Notes: a model not told the origin generated them from the letters alone. A DNA stretch of 64,000 bases from a bacterium (GCA_021821305.1 JAKACP010000001.1:330453-394452), one strand, 5' to 3'. Positions 1 through 10,493 are shown, numbered from the stretch's first letter. Numbers and translations are program-made.

Positions 1-2
1 AT

Positions 3-1532
3 TCGAATACCCTCCGGGTGAAGAAGCGCGTGAAGAACAAACGGGCGGCGTTCGACTATATCTTCCGCAATTTCGACGAGGAGAGCGCGATGCTGCTCTC
101 GGCCGAGGAGATCGCGAGCATCTTCCATTTCCCGATATCCGTGACCGAGACGCCCAAGATAAAATGGCTCAAGTCCGGAGCCGCCGCGCCGCCGGTCAAT
201 ATCCCGAAGGAAGGCATACTCCTCGGCTACAGCGACTACCGCGGCGTGAAGACGGATATCCGCATCACGGACAAGGACCGCCGCCGGCACATGTACGTGA
301 TCGGTCAGACGGGTACCGGAAAGTCCGTTTTTCTCGAGAACATGGCCAAGGCGGACGCCAAGGACAAGAAGGGATTCTGCGTCATCGATCCGCACGGTGA
401 TCTCATCGAGGATGTGCTCGCCGCTATTCCCCGCGAACGGGCGGACGATGTCATCGTGTTCGATCCGTCCGACATCGGTCGCCCTATCGGCCTCAACATG
501 CTCGAGTACGATGCCAAACATCCGGAGCAGAAGACCTTCGTGATAAACGAGATGATCGGCATATTCGATCAGCTCTACGACCTGAAGTCGACCGGCGGCC
601 CGATGTTCGAGCAGTATATGCGAAACGCGATGCTCCTCATCATGGAGGATCCGTCGACCGGGTCGACCCTGATGGAGATACCGCGTGTGCTCGCGGACGA
701 GGAATTCCGGCGGCTCAAGCTTTCCAAATGTCAGAATCCGATCGTCCGGGACTTCTGGCTCAAGGAGGCGGAGAAGGCCGGGGGCGAGGCATCACTCGCG
801 AATATGGTTCCCTATATCACGTCCAAGCTCACGACGTTCATCTCCAACGACATCATGCGGCCCATCATCGCCCAGCAGGAATCCGGGCTCGATTTCCGCG
901 ATATCATGGACAGCGGTAAGATCCTGCTCGTGAACCTGTCCAAGGGAAAGATCGGGGAGATCAACGCGCGGTTGCTCGGTATGGTGGTCGTCGGTAAGAT
1001 CCTCATGGCGGCACTCTCGCGGGTCGACACGCCGAACGAGGACGATCGCCGCGATTTCTACCTGTACCTGGACGAATTCCAGAATGTCACCACCAATTCC
1101 ATCGCGCAGATACTCTCGGAGGCGCGCAAGTACCGGCTCGACCTCGTTCTCGCGCATCAGTTCATCGGCCAGCTCAAGGAGGAGATCTCCAAGGCGGTGT
1201 TCGGCAACGTGGGATCGATGATCACGTTCCGTGTCGGCCCGGAGGACGCCGATTTCCTGGAAAAACAGTTCTCGCCCGTATTCTCCGCGAACGATCTCAT
1301 GAACGTCGACAATTTCAACTGCTTCACCCGATTGCTCGTGAACAACGAGCTCACCAAGCCGTTCAATATGAGGACGAACGCGCCCACGGGCGGGGATCGC
1401 GAGCTCGCAAAAGCGTTCAAGGAGCTCTCCCGCCTCCGCTACGGTCGCGACGCGACCATCGTGAACCGCGAGATCCTCGAGCGGGTGAACCGTTTTACCA
1501 AGATAGCGGACTCGGTGATGAAGAAGGACTGA
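3..1532 (+). CDS. TrwB/TraD/VirD4-like (HerA/FtsK superfamily) P-loop ATPase, 5'-truncated by the window edge
   Basis: Walker A GQTGTGKS, IDPHGD, Walker B LYLDEFQN, 'SEARKY' and 'LAHQ' motifs; frame is open back to position 3. Confidence 0.85.
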   Translation, partial: SNTLRVKKRVKNKRAAFDYIFRNFDEESAMLLSAEEIASIFHFPISVTETPKIKWLKSGAAAPPVNIPKEGILLGYSDYRGVKTDIRITDKDRRRHMYVIGQTGTGKSVFLENMAKADAKDKKGFCVIDPHGDLIEDVLAAIPRERADDVIVFDPSDIGRPIGLNMLEYDAKHPEQKTFVINEMIGIFDQLYDLKSTGGPMFEQYMRNAMLLIMEDPSTGSTLMEIPRVLADEEFRRLKLSKCQNPIVRDFWLKEAEKAGGEASLANMVPYITSKLTTFISNDIMRPIIAQQESGLDFRDIMDSGKILLVNLSKGKIGEINARLLGMVVVGKILMAALSRVDTPNEDDRRDFYLYLDEFQNVTTNSIAQILSEARKYRLDLVLAHQFIGQLKEEISKAVFGNVGSMITFRVGPEDADFLEKQFSPVFSANDLMNVDNFNCFTRLLVNNELTKPFNMRTNAPTGGDRELAKAFKELSRLRYGRDATIVNREILERVNRFTKIADSVMKKD

Positions 1533-1557
1533 TCGTGCGGTCGATACGACCGGAAAA

Positions 1558-1586
1558 GCGAAAGCCCCGCATTTGCGGGGCTTTCG
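1558..1586. terminator. Hairpin between convergent genes, probably a bidirectional terminator
   Basis: GCGAAAGCCCCGCA-T-TTGCGGGGCTTTCGC inverted repeat. Confidence 0.7.
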
Positions 1587-1623
1587 CCGTAAGAAAGAAC
1601 TTCATGAAGTCTGTATCCTGATC

Positions 1624-2217
1624 CTATTTCCTGAATTCCGCCACGCGGGAGGAATACTTCTCGAGATTCTTGAGCTGTCCTTCGGAGAGCGTCTTGGATT
1701 GAGCGATAGCCTGTCCGATGAGATCTTTCGAGAACTCGACGGATGTTCCGATCTCGACGCCGCCTTGGTGCGTGACCGCCTTGCGGAGATAATCCTCGAT
1801 GTAGATCTTATGCTCGACGGTGAGCGACGAATCCGGGTTCTTCTCGAGGTAGTTCGCGGTGGCCTTTCTGGCGAGGTGCGTCAACCCGTCACCACGTTCC
1901 GCCGTTTCGATGAACGATCCGGCCGTTTCGCGGCTGGTTTCCGTCGGGGCGACGGTCTCCTGTCCGGATACCGGCTCCGCTTCCACCTCCTCCGCCTCCA
2001 TGCCTTCCTCTTCCGCTTCGGTGGCTTCGGACGAGACACTCGTCTCATCGGCGGTCATCGATTCGTCTGACGGCAGGCTTCGGTCGGAGTATGAGTAGAT
2101 ACCGAGCGCGATCGCCGCGACGATGAAGACGCTGACGATGACGCGGAGATTTTCCTGTATCCACGCCTTCGTCTTTTCAGCTGTTCCCTCCTCAAAGTCC
2201 ATTTCTTCGTTTTCCAT
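1624..2217 (-). CDS. Hypothetical single-TM membrane protein with acidic linker
   Basis: ORF with TM segment VIVSVFIVAAIALGIY; SD-like GAAGGTGA precedes ATG at 2217. Confidence 0.75.
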   Translation of the reverse strand: MENEEMDFEEGTAEKTKAWIQENLRVIVSVFIVAAIALGIYSYSDRSLPSDESMTADETSVSSEATEAEEEGMEAEEVEAEPVSGQETVAPTETSRETAGSFIETAERGDGLTHLARKATANYLEKNPDSSLTVEHKIYIEDYLRKAVTHQGGVEIGTSVEFSKDLIGQAIAQSKTLSEGQLKNLEKYSSRVAEFRK

Positions 2218-2851
2218 ATGAGTCACCTTCCTTTCTAGCTAATAGGTTATGGAAAGGAACCGCTTGCGTTGAAGCTTCTCTTTTTGATGCGCCCGCGATA
2301 CGTGATCTTGGGCGATCGACCCCCTTGCCTCCATGGTAGAGCCGTCCACGGGATGCGTCAACACTGGACAACCTACCCCGTTTATGGCGATATTTCCTTT
2401 TCGTATCGTATTTTTTGAGCGATTTTTCGGCCGGCTTTTCCATGTCAATGCATGAAAAACATTTCCGAACGTTTCTCAGCCGGGAAAATTTCTTTCGCAT
2501 CATCATATTCGGAATATGCTTCGTATTTTCGGGAGTGAATCTTTCGGATGAAAGAGCATAGACGTGTTCGAGTGAAAAAATCGAAACATCGATCACTGAT
2601 CGTTCATCGCATGTGAAATGTTTTTCTTTCTTTTTATTTTTTCATGCGGGAGCTTTCATTTCGTTCGACGATACCTCTTGACAGGATTTTATTTCGCTTC
2701 CATTTTTTGAAAAAATATCATACAATAAATTCACGTAGGAGAAAAAAATTTCTCCGCGTGACATAAACAATTCGCGTTCGACGATACAACGTATCATCGT
2801 TGCGCGAACAAATCTCCGCGAAAGCGGAAACACGAAAGGAGGTGAACAACC

Positions 2852-3028
2852 ATGGCCGCAAAAAAGAAAGTCGCGAAGAAGAAAGTCGCGAAGAAGGCAG
2901 TGAAGAAGACCGTGAAGAAGGCTGTGAAGAAGGTCGCCAAGAAGGCGGTAAAGAAGACCGCGAAGAAGGCGGTAAAGAAGACCGCGAAGAAGGCTACCAA
3001 GAAAGCGACGAAGAAGGGTAAGAAATAG
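2852..3028 (+). CDS. Histone H1-like Lys/Ala-rich small basic protein (58 aa), absent from the ORF track
   Basis: Strong SD AAGGAGGTGA; MAAKKKVAKKKVAKKAVKKTVKK...KKGKK*; hairpin downstream at about 3063-3079. Confidence 0.85.
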   Translation: MAAKKKVAKKKVAKKAVKKTVKKAVKKVAKKAVKKTAKKAVKKTAKKATKKATKKGKK

Positions 3029-3079
3029 TCTTATTTCTCCACTTTTTGGTTCTTCGAATAATCCCGCCGCAAGGCGGGT

Positions 3080-4006
3080 TTATTCATGTCCGAGAACAAA
3101 GGAAAAGATGCGTGATCTCCCCGACAGATCGGGGAGTATGGAGGACCGTTCGCGCGGGAATGTCCCCTTGAAGAGGTCGGTGATGAGGGCGTCCTGTTCG
3201 GGACCGATCTCGAATATTCCACGGATGCCAAGAGACGGATATGCCTCCGTCATTTTTCGTATCTGTGAGAAGAGTTCGCGATAGTGATCGAGTCCGTCCG
3301 CTCCGCTTTCGAGCGCGTCCTTCGGTTCGTAGAGTCGCACGTCGTCGGAGGAGGAGCGGTAGATATCCGAGGAGAGATAGGGGAGATTCGCGAGGATGAC
3401 GAGCTCATCAGTGGCGACGATCGATCCCGTGATCGGTTCGAGAAGGCTTCCCTGATGAAATGAGATGATATCGCCGACCCCGTTTCGTTCCGCGTTCGCT
3501 TCCGCCATCCTGAGCGCGGCGGCGGAAATATCGATGGCATGGAACGCGAACATCGATTTCTCCTGCATGAGTTCGGCGGCGACGGATACGATGATGGCTC
3601 CGCTGCCGGTGCCCACATCCGCGACGAGGATGTTCTTTGCCGGCTTTGCCGTTTCATCCGCGATGAGCCGGCGCAGCTCCTCGATCGCCCGTTCCACGAG
3701 GAGTTCGGTTTCCGGTCGGGGAATGAGCGTATTTTCGGTCACGAGAAAGGATCGGCCGAAAAATTCCTTTTCCCCGACGATGTAGGCGACCGGTTCGCTC
3801 CGCTTCCGCCGTTCGAACATCCCGACCGCTTTTCGGTATTCCTCGTCGGAGAGGACGTGTTCGGGATGGGCGAAGAGGAACTCTTTCGACCGGCCCGCGG
3901 CATGGGCGAGCAGGATGAAGAGGTCTTCGGGAGCGAGCGCCGCCGCGTACGCTTTCCGGATGTGTCCGACCGTCTTATCGTTCATCGGAATTGTGGTGGC
4001 TGTCAT
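3080..4006 (-). CDS. prmC: Release factor glutamine methyltransferase PrmC/HemK
   Basis: [27 protein letters not shown] (NPPY-like) motifs; ATGA overlap with prfA stop. Confidence 0.93.
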   Translation of the reverse strand: MTATTIPMNDKTVGHIRKAYAAALAPEDLFILLAHAAGRSKEFLFAHPEHVLSDEEYRKAVGMFERRKRSEPVAYIVGEKEFFGRSFLVTENTLIPRPETELLVERAIEELRRLIADETAKPAKNILVADVGTGSGAIIVSVAAELMQEKSMFAFHAIDISAAALRMAEANAERNGVGDIISFHQGSLLEPITGSIVATDELVILANLPYLSSDIYRSSSDDVRLYEPKDALESGADGLDHYRELFSQIRKMTEAYPSLGIRGIFEIGPEQDALITDLFKGTFPRERSSILPDLSGRSRIFSFVLGHE

Positions 4007-5088
4007 TTGTTCGATTCCTGTTCGAGTTTGCGGCGCATGTCCTCTTCCTCGAGCGCGGTGGCGATGTCCTTGAGGCCGCCGTTCAGTATCCCGGGGATGT
4101 TGCTCCACGATTCCTTGATGCGGTGATCCGTGACGCGATCCTGGGGGAAATTGTACGTGCGGATCTTCTCGGAGCGGTCTCCGGTACCGATCTGGTTGCG
4201 CCGCGTGTCACCGAGCTCCTTGGCCTGCCGCTCCTCCTCCATCTGGAGGATGCGGGAACGGAGCACCTTCATCGCCTTTTCCTTGTTCTTGATCTGGGAT
4301 TTCTCGTCCTGACAGGACACGACGGTATTGGTCGGTATGTGCGTAATGCGCACCGCGCTGTAGGTCGTGTTGACCGATTGGCCGCCGGGGCCGGAGGAAC
4401 AGAAGGTATCGATACGCAGGTCGCTCGGATTGATCTCGATGTCGACCTCTTCGGCCACCGGAAGCACCGCGACCGTCGCGGTCGAGGTGTGTATGCGGCC
4501 GGCCTTCTCGGTTTCCGGTATGCGCTGGACCCGGTGGACACCCGATTCGTACTTCAGTTTCTGATAGACGGGGGAGGGGGAACTTCCACGGCTCACCTCG
4601 AAGACGACTTCCTTGAACCCGCCGACTTCGGTCTGGTTCGAGTGGAGGACGTTGAGACGCCACTCCATGATTTCGGCATAGCGCGAATACATACGGAACA
4701 GATCCGCCGCGAACAGACTGGATTCGTCGCCACCGGCACCGCCGCGGATTTCCACGATCGCATCCTTGTCGTCGTTCGGGTCGCGGGGGAGGAGGAGCTT
4801 CTTCAGCTCCTTTTCGAGCGTGTCGCGGCGGACGGCAAGCGAGATGTTCTCCTCCATCGCCAGTTGCTTGAACTCCTCGTCGTCGGAATCCCTGATGATT
4901 CCCGCGTTTTCCTTCATCGATCGCAGGACGGCGTCGAATTCCCGCGCACGCTCAAGGACGCCGGAAAGCTCCGCTTTGCGGCGACCGAGCACGGCGAGGC
5001 GCTTCGGGTCCCTCGAGACCTCCGGGTCGCTCAGTTCGGCATCGACCCGCTCCGCCTCCTCCTGGATATTTTTTATGAGTTCGTCCAT
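4003..5088 (-). CDS. prfA: Peptide chain release factor 1
   Basis: GGQ motif (SGPGGQSVN), PET (PxT) motif, ESGVHRVQR. Confidence 0.97.
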   Translation of the reverse strand: MDELIKNIQEEAERVDAELSDPEVSRDPKRLAVLGRRKAELSGVLERAREFDAVLRSMKENAGIIRDSDDEEFKQLAMEENISLAVRRDTLEKELKKLLLPRDPNDDKDAIVEIRGGAGGDESSLFAADLFRMYSRYAEIMEWRLNVLHSNQTEVGGFKEVVFEVSRGSSPSPVYQKLKYESGVHRVQRIPETEKAGRIHTSTATVAVLPVAEEVDIEINPSDLRIDTFCSSGPGGQSVNTTYSAVRITHIPTNTVVSCQDEKSQIKNKEKAMKVLRSRILQMEEERQAKELGDTRRNQIGTGDRSEKIRTYNFPQDRVTDHRIKESWSNIPGILNGGLKDIATALEEEDMRRKLEQESNK

Positions 5089-5125
5089 ATGTCTCCATGA
5101 TACTACGAAAGCGTCTTCAATCTAA

Positions 5126-5305
5126 GAGCCTGTTGAAAAACTCACCGCCATGAAAGAAGATACCCGCTTGTCGGCTAAAATTCCGAAATTTCGTCTGCAA
5201 ACCGCTCACGCCTCGTCGGAATATCTCGATATTCCTCCTCGACCTTCACGGTTTTCGATCGAAATTTCGGAATTTGTAGCTCGACATGACTTTTTCAACA
5301 GGCTC
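5126..5305 (-). mobile_element. MITE-like structured repeat, copy 1
   Basis: TIR GAGCCTGTTGAAAAA/TTTTTCAACAGGCTC, flanked by TAA on both sides; homologous in reverse orientation to copies at 18253, 20968 and 39297. Confidence 0.75.
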
Positions 5306-5361
5306 TAAGCAAAAGGCGCCTGCCGAAATCGTATGGCAAGCGCCCCTGTTTCCGCGCCGGA

Positions 5362-5655
5362 CTACTTTGCGGCGACAGCTTCCTTTTTCTCGGCTTTCTT
5401 TGAGGCCTTTTCTTCCTTCGAAGCATGCTTCTTGGCGGCCGTCTTCTTTTTCTCGGCCTTTTCGGCGAGTTTCTTGAAGCGATCGACCCGTCCGGTGGTG
5501 TCGACGTACTTCTTCTTCCCGGTGTAGAACGGATGGCACTTCGCGCAGATCTCTATCTCGAGATCCTTGGTCGTCGAGCCGGTCTCATAAACCGCGCCAC
5601 AGGCGCACTTTATGGTCGCATCTTCGTGATATTTCGGATGAATTCCCTGTTGCAT
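5362..5655 (-). CDS. rpmE: 50S ribosomal protein L31 with Lys/Ala-rich tail
   Basis: [25 protein letters not shown]. Confidence 0.96.
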   Translation of the reverse strand: MQQGIHPKYHEDATIKCACGAVYETGSTTKDLEIEICAKCHPFYTGKKKYVDTTGRVDRFKKLAEKAEKKKTAAKKHASKEEKASKKAEKKEAVAAK

Positions 5656-5992
5656 AGCGGTGTGAGGCGGAGAGGCTCAAAAAGGATTATAAAAAAAGAC
5701 GCTTCTCCTAAGCGAAGGAAGCCTACCATGCGTTATCGAAATTGACAAGGGGCGGAAGTTCGTTTATGCTCAATCGTGCCTTCCGCTCTAAGGAGCGGTC
5801 GGACATCATTCATGTTTTCCGCGATTTCCGGCCTTTTCCTGTCCCGCTTCGGCGGGATTACTGGTCCGGTTGGAGAACAGGTGGTAGCGCCATGTATCAG
5901 GCGTTTTTGTTTATCGAAGACGCAAGATCGGCGCTTCCGGAGTAAATCAAGGGATTCTTTCCCCTCCGGATTAAGCAATTAAGGAAAAACGT

Positions 5993-6793
5993 ATGTCGAA
6001 TGCAGCAATATCCGCCGAGCCGGAGGTTTCTCCGGTGAAGGCCAAGGCGTCACCGCTCGCCGAACTTTCGTTCACGGAGTTCGATTTTTCGGGTCTCGAC
6101 CAGAGCCTCGAGTCGATGCTCAAGAGCGGCGTCCACTTCGGACACCTGAAATCGCGTCTTCATCCGAGGATGGCCGATTTCGTTTTTTTGACTCGGCAGA
6201 ATATCAATATCATCGACCTTGAGAAGACGAACGAATATCTCGGGCGCGCCGGAGAGTTCCTCGCGAGCGTCGCGAAGAGCGGCAAGCCGATCCTGTTCGT
6301 CGGCATGAAGAAGCACACGCACATCTTCATCAAGTCCCTCGCGGACCGGCTCGGCGAGCACTACGTCATCGACCGCTGGCTCGGCGGCACGCTCACCAAC
6401 TTTTCCTGCATCCGGAAGCGCGCGGCGTATCTCTGCGACACCGAGGAGAAGCTCGAGCAGGGAGCATTCAATATGTACACCAAGTTCGAGCGGCAGAAGA
6501 AGCTCGAGGAAGTCGAACGGCTGGAGCGGCGCATGGGCGGTATCAAGAACATGAAGGAGCTCCCCGGAGCGATCGTCATCGCCGACGGCAAGGAGGCGAA
6601 AATCGTCATAGACGAGGCCCGCGCCATGGGTGTCCCGGTCGTGGCGATCATCGACACGAACGCCGATCCGTCTTCGGTCGAGTACCCGATTCCCGGCAAC
6701 GATGACGCACTTTCGTCGCTTCGGTTCCTGCTCGGATCCCTCGGGAAAACGGTTTTCGAGGCGAAGCACTCGGCCCCGAAGGAGACAAAATAA
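5993..6793 (+). CDS. rpsB: 30S ribosomal protein S2
   Basis: GVHFGH, RWLGGTLTN, DTNADP, IPGNDD. Confidence 0.97.
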   Translation: MSNAAISAEPEVSPVKAKASPLAELSFTEFDFSGLDQSLESMLKSGVHFGHLKSRLHPRMADFVFLTRQNINIIDLEKTNEYLGRAGEFLASVAKSGKPILFVGMKKHTHIFIKSLADRLGEHYVIDRWLGGTLTNFSCIRKRAAYLCDTEEKLEQGAFNMYTKFERQKKLEEVERLERRMGGIKNMKELPGAIVIADGKEAKIVIDEARAMGVPVVAIIDTNADPSSVEYPIPGNDDALSSLRFLLGSLGKTVFEAKHSAPKETK

Positions 6794-6812
6794 ATATTGA
6801 GTGACAACCACT

Positions 6813-7397
6813 ATGGCAACCATGGAGCAGATAAAAGCGCTTCGTGAGCGGACCGGGGCAGGCATCGTCGATGTCAAGAAAGCCCTCGAAGAAGCGAACG
6901 GGGACGAGGAAGGGGCGATCAAGATCCTCCGGGAGCGCGGCGCCGCCAAGGCGGTCAAGAAGACCGACCGCGAAGCCAAGGAAGGCTTCATCGGGTCGTA
7001 CATCCACACCAACGGGAAAGTGGGATCGCTCGTCAAACTGTACTGCGAGACCGACTTCGTGGCCCGCAATGACGATTTCAAGACCCTCGCGCGCGACATC
7101 GCCATGCACGTCGCCGCGATGAACCCTTCGGTGGTCCGTCCGGAGGACGTGCCCGAGGAGACGATCTCCAAGGAGCGCGAAGTGTGGGTCGAACAGGTCC
7201 GACAGGAGGGGAAGCCGGAAGCCATCGCCGAGAAGATCCTCGCCGGCAAGGAAAAGAAATTCCGCGAGGAGACCGCGCTTCTGACCCAGAGCTTCGTGAA
7301 GGATCCGGAAGTGACGGTAGAGACCCTCATCTCGACGAATGTCCAGAAGATGGGCGAGAACATACAGGTCGGATCGTTCGTCCGCTTCGAGATATAG
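6813..7397 (+). CDS. tsf: Elongation factor Ts (short form)
   Basis: LRERTGAG...KKALEE, CETDFVA; follows rpsB. Confidence 0.96.
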   Translation: MATMEQIKALRERTGAGIVDVKKALEEANGDEEGAIKILRERGAAKAVKKTDREAKEGFIGSYIHTNGKVGSLVKLYCETDFVARNDDFKTLARDIAMHVAAMNPSVVRPEDVPEETISKEREVWVEQVRQEGKPEAIAEKILAGKEKKFREETALLTQSFVKDPEVTVETLISTNVQKMGENIQVGSFVRFEI

Positions 7398-7429
7398 GGT
7401 ATTAATCGGGAACACCAGCATTCACGTTC

Positions 7430-8245
7430 ATGTGGTATCTCATCGTCCCACCATTCATAGTGATATTCGGCCTCGGGGTGCTCTTGTGGTATCTGTCCCG
7501 GAGGATGGACGACCCGACGACGATCGAGAAGATGGAGGCGCTCAAAGGTACGATCGACTCGGGGGCCCATTCCCGCTCATTGGATAGGAAGGCTTTTTTC
7601 CTGAAGCTTCTGGAAAAGAACGCCTCCCGGTTCAAGACGGGAACGCTCCGTGTCCACAACTTCTTCCAGTATTCCCTCGAGGGGCTGCGCGCGAAAAGGA
7701 AAAAGCTCGATGAGATGCGGAAAGAGGTGGAGGAGAGACGGCACGCCGAGGCCACTCCCGAGGAGAAGCATCGCTTTCTCGGCGGATGGGGCAGGAAGAG
7801 CGAAGAGACCGTAATCGAGGAGCCGACGGTTCCGGCGGTTCGGGAGGAACCGATCGCCACGCCCATCATCCAGAAACCGGGTCGCTCGTTCAAGCGATTT
7901 CTGCAGAGGAATGTTCCGGTAGAGACCGAAACGGTCGTTACCGCGGAAGCGGAAGCCGAGAAGTCGTTCGAACCGACGGTGAGCCGCAGGGTAGCGAATC
8001 CCGACACCGTCCCGGAAATCGCTCCAAAAAAGAGTGCGCGCGAGGAAGCCCTCATCTCGAGGATCGCGGAGAATCCGAGGGACGCAGCCGCCTATGAGGA
8101 GCTCGGTGACCTGTATTTCTCGGCGAAGAACTTGCAGGATGCCAAGGCCTGCTACCGGCAGGTGATCAAACTCCATCCGACGAATCGCGCGGTGAAGATC
8201 AAGATCAGGCGATTGGAAAAGTTTTTTGAAGGCGGTGCTTTGTAG
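7430..8245 (+). CDS. Membrane-anchored protein with C-terminal TPR repeat
   Basis: N-terminal TM; C-terminal AYEELGDLY...AKACYRQVIKLHP TPR pattern. Confidence 0.75.
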   Translation: MWYLIVPPFIVIFGLGVLLWYLSRRMDDPTTIEKMEALKGTIDSGAHSRSLDRKAFFLKLLEKNASRFKTGTLRVHNFFQYSLEGLRAKRKKLDEMRKEVEERRHAEATPEEKHRFLGGWGRKSEETVIEEPTVPAVREEPIATPIIQKPGRSFKRFLQRNVPVETETVVTAEAEAEKSFEPTVSRRVANPDTVPEIAPKKSAREEALISRIAENPRDAAAYEELGDLYFSAKNLQDAKACYRQVIKLHPTNRAVKIKIRRLEKFFEGGAL

Positions 8246-8270
8246 TATACTGTTGCGGTGAGGGTGCCGC

Positions 8271-8342
8271 GCCACCTTAGCTCAGTGGTAGAGCAGCGGT
8301 TTTGTAAACCGTTGGTCCTCGGTTCAAATCCGAGAGGTGGCT
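8271..8342 (+). tRNA. tRNA-Thr(TGT)
   Basis: Cloverleaf GCCACCT...AGGTGGC, anticodon loop TTTGTAA. Confidence 0.95.
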
Positions 8343-8440
8343 CATGGAAGGGGATGGAAACATCGGAAGGTGCAACGGTCGTATTCCGCTTGTCGGAATC
8401 CCTCGTTCTCGTTCCGAGATTTGCATCCGCAGGTCTCCGT

Positions 8441-8524
8441 GGGCAGGTGGCGGAGCGGTCAATCGCAGCAGACTGTAAATCTGTCGCCCTACGGGCTACG
8501 GGGGTTCGAATCCCTCCCTGCCCA
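8441..8524 (+). tRNA. tRNA-Tyr(GTA)
   Basis: Long variable arm, anticodon loop CTGTAAA. Confidence 0.95.
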
Positions 8525-8615
8525 CAGAAGCCGTTTTTGATGTCGCAAGCGTGGCAATGGAGTCGGTTTTATGAAGAAGGAGGGAGGGATGAGAAGTTTA
8601 TGCCCCGCAGGGGTA

Positions 8616-8636
8616 AATCCCTCCCTGCCCACAGAA
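8616..8636 (+). repeat. Direct repeat of the tRNA-Tyr 3' end
   Basis: AATCCCTCCCTGCCCACAGAA identical to 8509-8529. Confidence 0.85.
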
Positions 8637-8637
8637 A

Positions 8638-8710
<73 letters not shown>

Positions 8711-8770
8711 CAATATTGACGGAATGCGCTTTTTTCCGTACAGTAGGTACATTATCTTTTTTGAATCGGT

Positions 8771-8932
8771 ATGGGGAAGATCAAGGACAACATGGCGAAA
8801 ATGAAGTGCTCCGAGTGTGGACGCATCACGACGTATACGAAGCGGAATAAGAAGAAAGTGAAAGAGAAGCTTTCCCTCCAGAAGTACTGCAATTTCTGCA
8901 GGAAACACACCACGCACAACGAGAGCAAATAG
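8771..8932 (+). CDS. rpmG: 50S ribosomal protein L33 (Zn-binding type), absent from the ORF track
   Basis: MGKIKDNMAKMKCSECG...YTKRNKKK...KYCNFCRKHTTHNESK*. Confidence 0.93.
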   Translation: MGKIKDNMAKMKCSECGRITTYTKRNKKKVKEKLSLQKYCNFCRKHTTHNESK

Positions 8933-8950
8933 GCTCTCGTTGCGGGTTTC

Positions 8951-9021
8951 GGGAGTGTCGTATAGTGGCAGTACAACGGTCTCCAAAACCGTTTGCGTAG
9001 GTTCGATTCCTACCACTCCTG
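8951..9021 (+). tRNA. tRNA-Trp(CCA)
   Basis: Anticodon loop CTCCAAA, cloverleaf. Confidence 0.93.
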
Positions 9022-9042
9022 CTGAAGGCAACGCCGAATCAT

Positions 9043-9114
9043 GGCCCTATCGTCTAGCGGCTAGGACATCTCCCTCTCACGGAGGAAACAGGGGTTCGAT
9101 TCCCCTTAGGGCTA
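9043..9114 (+). tRNA. tRNA-Glu(CTC)
   Basis: Anticodon loop CTCTCAC. Confidence 0.93.
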
Positions 9115-9160
9115 CGGATAAAATCATAAAATTGAGGCTTTACCGAAGCCTCTTTTTTTA

Positions 9161-9189
9161 TTGACAAAATTGCAATAGTATGCTATTAT
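9161..9189 (+). promoter_or_regulatory. Sigma70-like promoter
   Basis: TTGACA-N17-TATTAT upstream of the 9258 ORF. Confidence 0.6.
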
Positions 9190-9257
9190 ATGCAGTTGCG
9201 AGTACTCATCGCAATCGCCTGATTCTCAGCGTATGAGAAAGCTCTTTCAAGGAGAAA

Positions 9258-9536
9258 ATGATGGCCCGTTACCACTTACCGTATTTGTTTCTGGCGTTCT
9301 TGTTGTTGGGATGCGATCCTGCTTCCAATCCGAAGAATGTTGAGGAAGAGACATGCGGTGAGGTCGACTACCGTAATGGTGTCCTCTTCTTCCCATGCGC
9401 AAGAGACAACTTTGCGAATAGCCTCAGTCGTTATCGGGAGGCACATCCGGATCTGGATGTCGTTAGCATCGCTGGAAATAGTGCTGGTTTCTACGGTACA
9501 GACAAAGGATACTTCGTAGTTGTCAAAAAGAAGTAA
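9258..9536 (+). CDS. Small putative lipoprotein
   Basis: Signal peptide ending in LLGC lipobox; SD AAGGAG; lower GC than flanks. Confidence 0.7.
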   Translation: MMARYHLPYLFLAFLLLGCDPASNPKNVEEETCGEVDYRNGVLFFPCARDNFANSLSRYREAHPDLDVVSIAGNSAGFYGTDKGYFVVVKKK

Positions 9537-9782
9537 GCGCTTCAAAATTTTTCGGGTATAAAAGAAACCCCGAAAACCGCGCACACAGGAACAACAATTC
9601 TCGTGCGCGGTCTTTTTTTATTCCGTTTCCTCAATTTAGTACGCCAGCCAGCAGTTCATTCGCTTACTCACCAATAAGCTCCAGCTCCCTGTTATCTGAT
9701 TCCAATCGTTTCTTATGTTGACTACAAAAGACCCGCCTTTCGGCGGGTTTTGTGTTAGAATAAATATCTAAGGCTTACCCCT

Positions 9783-10493
9783 ATGGCCACCCTCATCTTC
9801 GACATCGAGACTATCGGCGAGGATTTCGACGCGCTCGATGAGGTGACGCAGGAGGTGCTCACGCGTTGGATCAAGCGCGACGCCGAAAGCGAGGAGGGGT
9901 ACAAGGCCCTGCTCACCGACGTGAAGGAGGGGCTCGGGTTCTCGCCCTTGACCGGGGAGATCGTCGCGATCGGCGTCCTCGACGCGGACAAGGGAAAGGG
10001 CGCGGTGTACTTCCGGTCGCCCGGAGACACGAAGGGCGCCTTCGAGGAAGGTACGTACAAGTACGATCCGCTATCGGAAAAGGAGATGCTGCAGAAATTC
10101 TGGGACATCGTCGGCAAGTACGATACCTTCGTCACGTTCAACGGCCGCGGGTTCGACGTGCCGTTCCTCATGGTCCGTTCGGCGATCCACGGGATCCGTC
10201 CGTCCAAGAACCTGATGGCGAACCGGTACCTCAATTACCAGCCGGGAAACGCCCGCCACATCGACCTCTTCGACCAGCTTTCGTTTTACGGGGCGCTCCG
10301 CCGCAAGGGGAGTCTCCACCTTTGGACGCGTGCGTTCGGTATCGAGAGCCCCAAGGCGCAGGGCGTCTCCGGGGACGATGTCGCGGCGCTGTTCCGGGAC
10401 AAGCGGTACGAGGATATCGCCCGGTACAATGCCCGCGACCTCGAGGCGACGCTCGCTCTCTATCGGAAATATGAGGAATTCCTGGCGTTCTGA
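9783..10493 (+). CDS. DnaQ-like/PolB-type 3'-5' exonuclease (RNase H-like fold)
   Basis: ExoI FDIET, ExoII TFNGRGFD, ExoIII YNARD. Confidence 0.85.
   Translation: MATLIFDIETIGEDFDALDEVTQEVLTRWIKRDAESEEGYKALLTDVKEGLGFSPLTGEIVAIGVLDADKGKGAVYFRSPGDTKGAFEEGTYKYDPLSEKEMLQKFWDIVGKYDTFVTFNGRGFDVPFLMVRSAIHGIRPSKNLMANRYLNYQPGNARHIDLFDQLSFYGALRRKGSLHLWTRAFGIESPKAQGVSGDDVAALFRDKRYEDIARYNARDLEATLALYRKYEEFLAF

Noticed and set aside
3-1532. VirD4-like ATPase as evidence of a conjugative element
   Set aside because: No relaxase or other T4SS genes in the window; host-like GC and core-gene context.
2230-2850. AT-rich intergenic region as a possible oriC
   Set aside because: No cluster of DnaA boxes recognised and no dnaA/dnaN nearby; more simply divergent promoters.
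2860-3025. Tandem 12/24-nt repeats as a possible CRISPR array or VNTR
   Set aside because: No spacers; explained by the coding repeats of the Lys/Ala-rich protein.
6050-7570. Long antisense ORFs (e.g. 6050-7570, 3991-5100, 31127-32470, 37688-38797)
   Set aside because: Opposite well-conserved genes; expected in high-GC DNA and no recognisable motifs.
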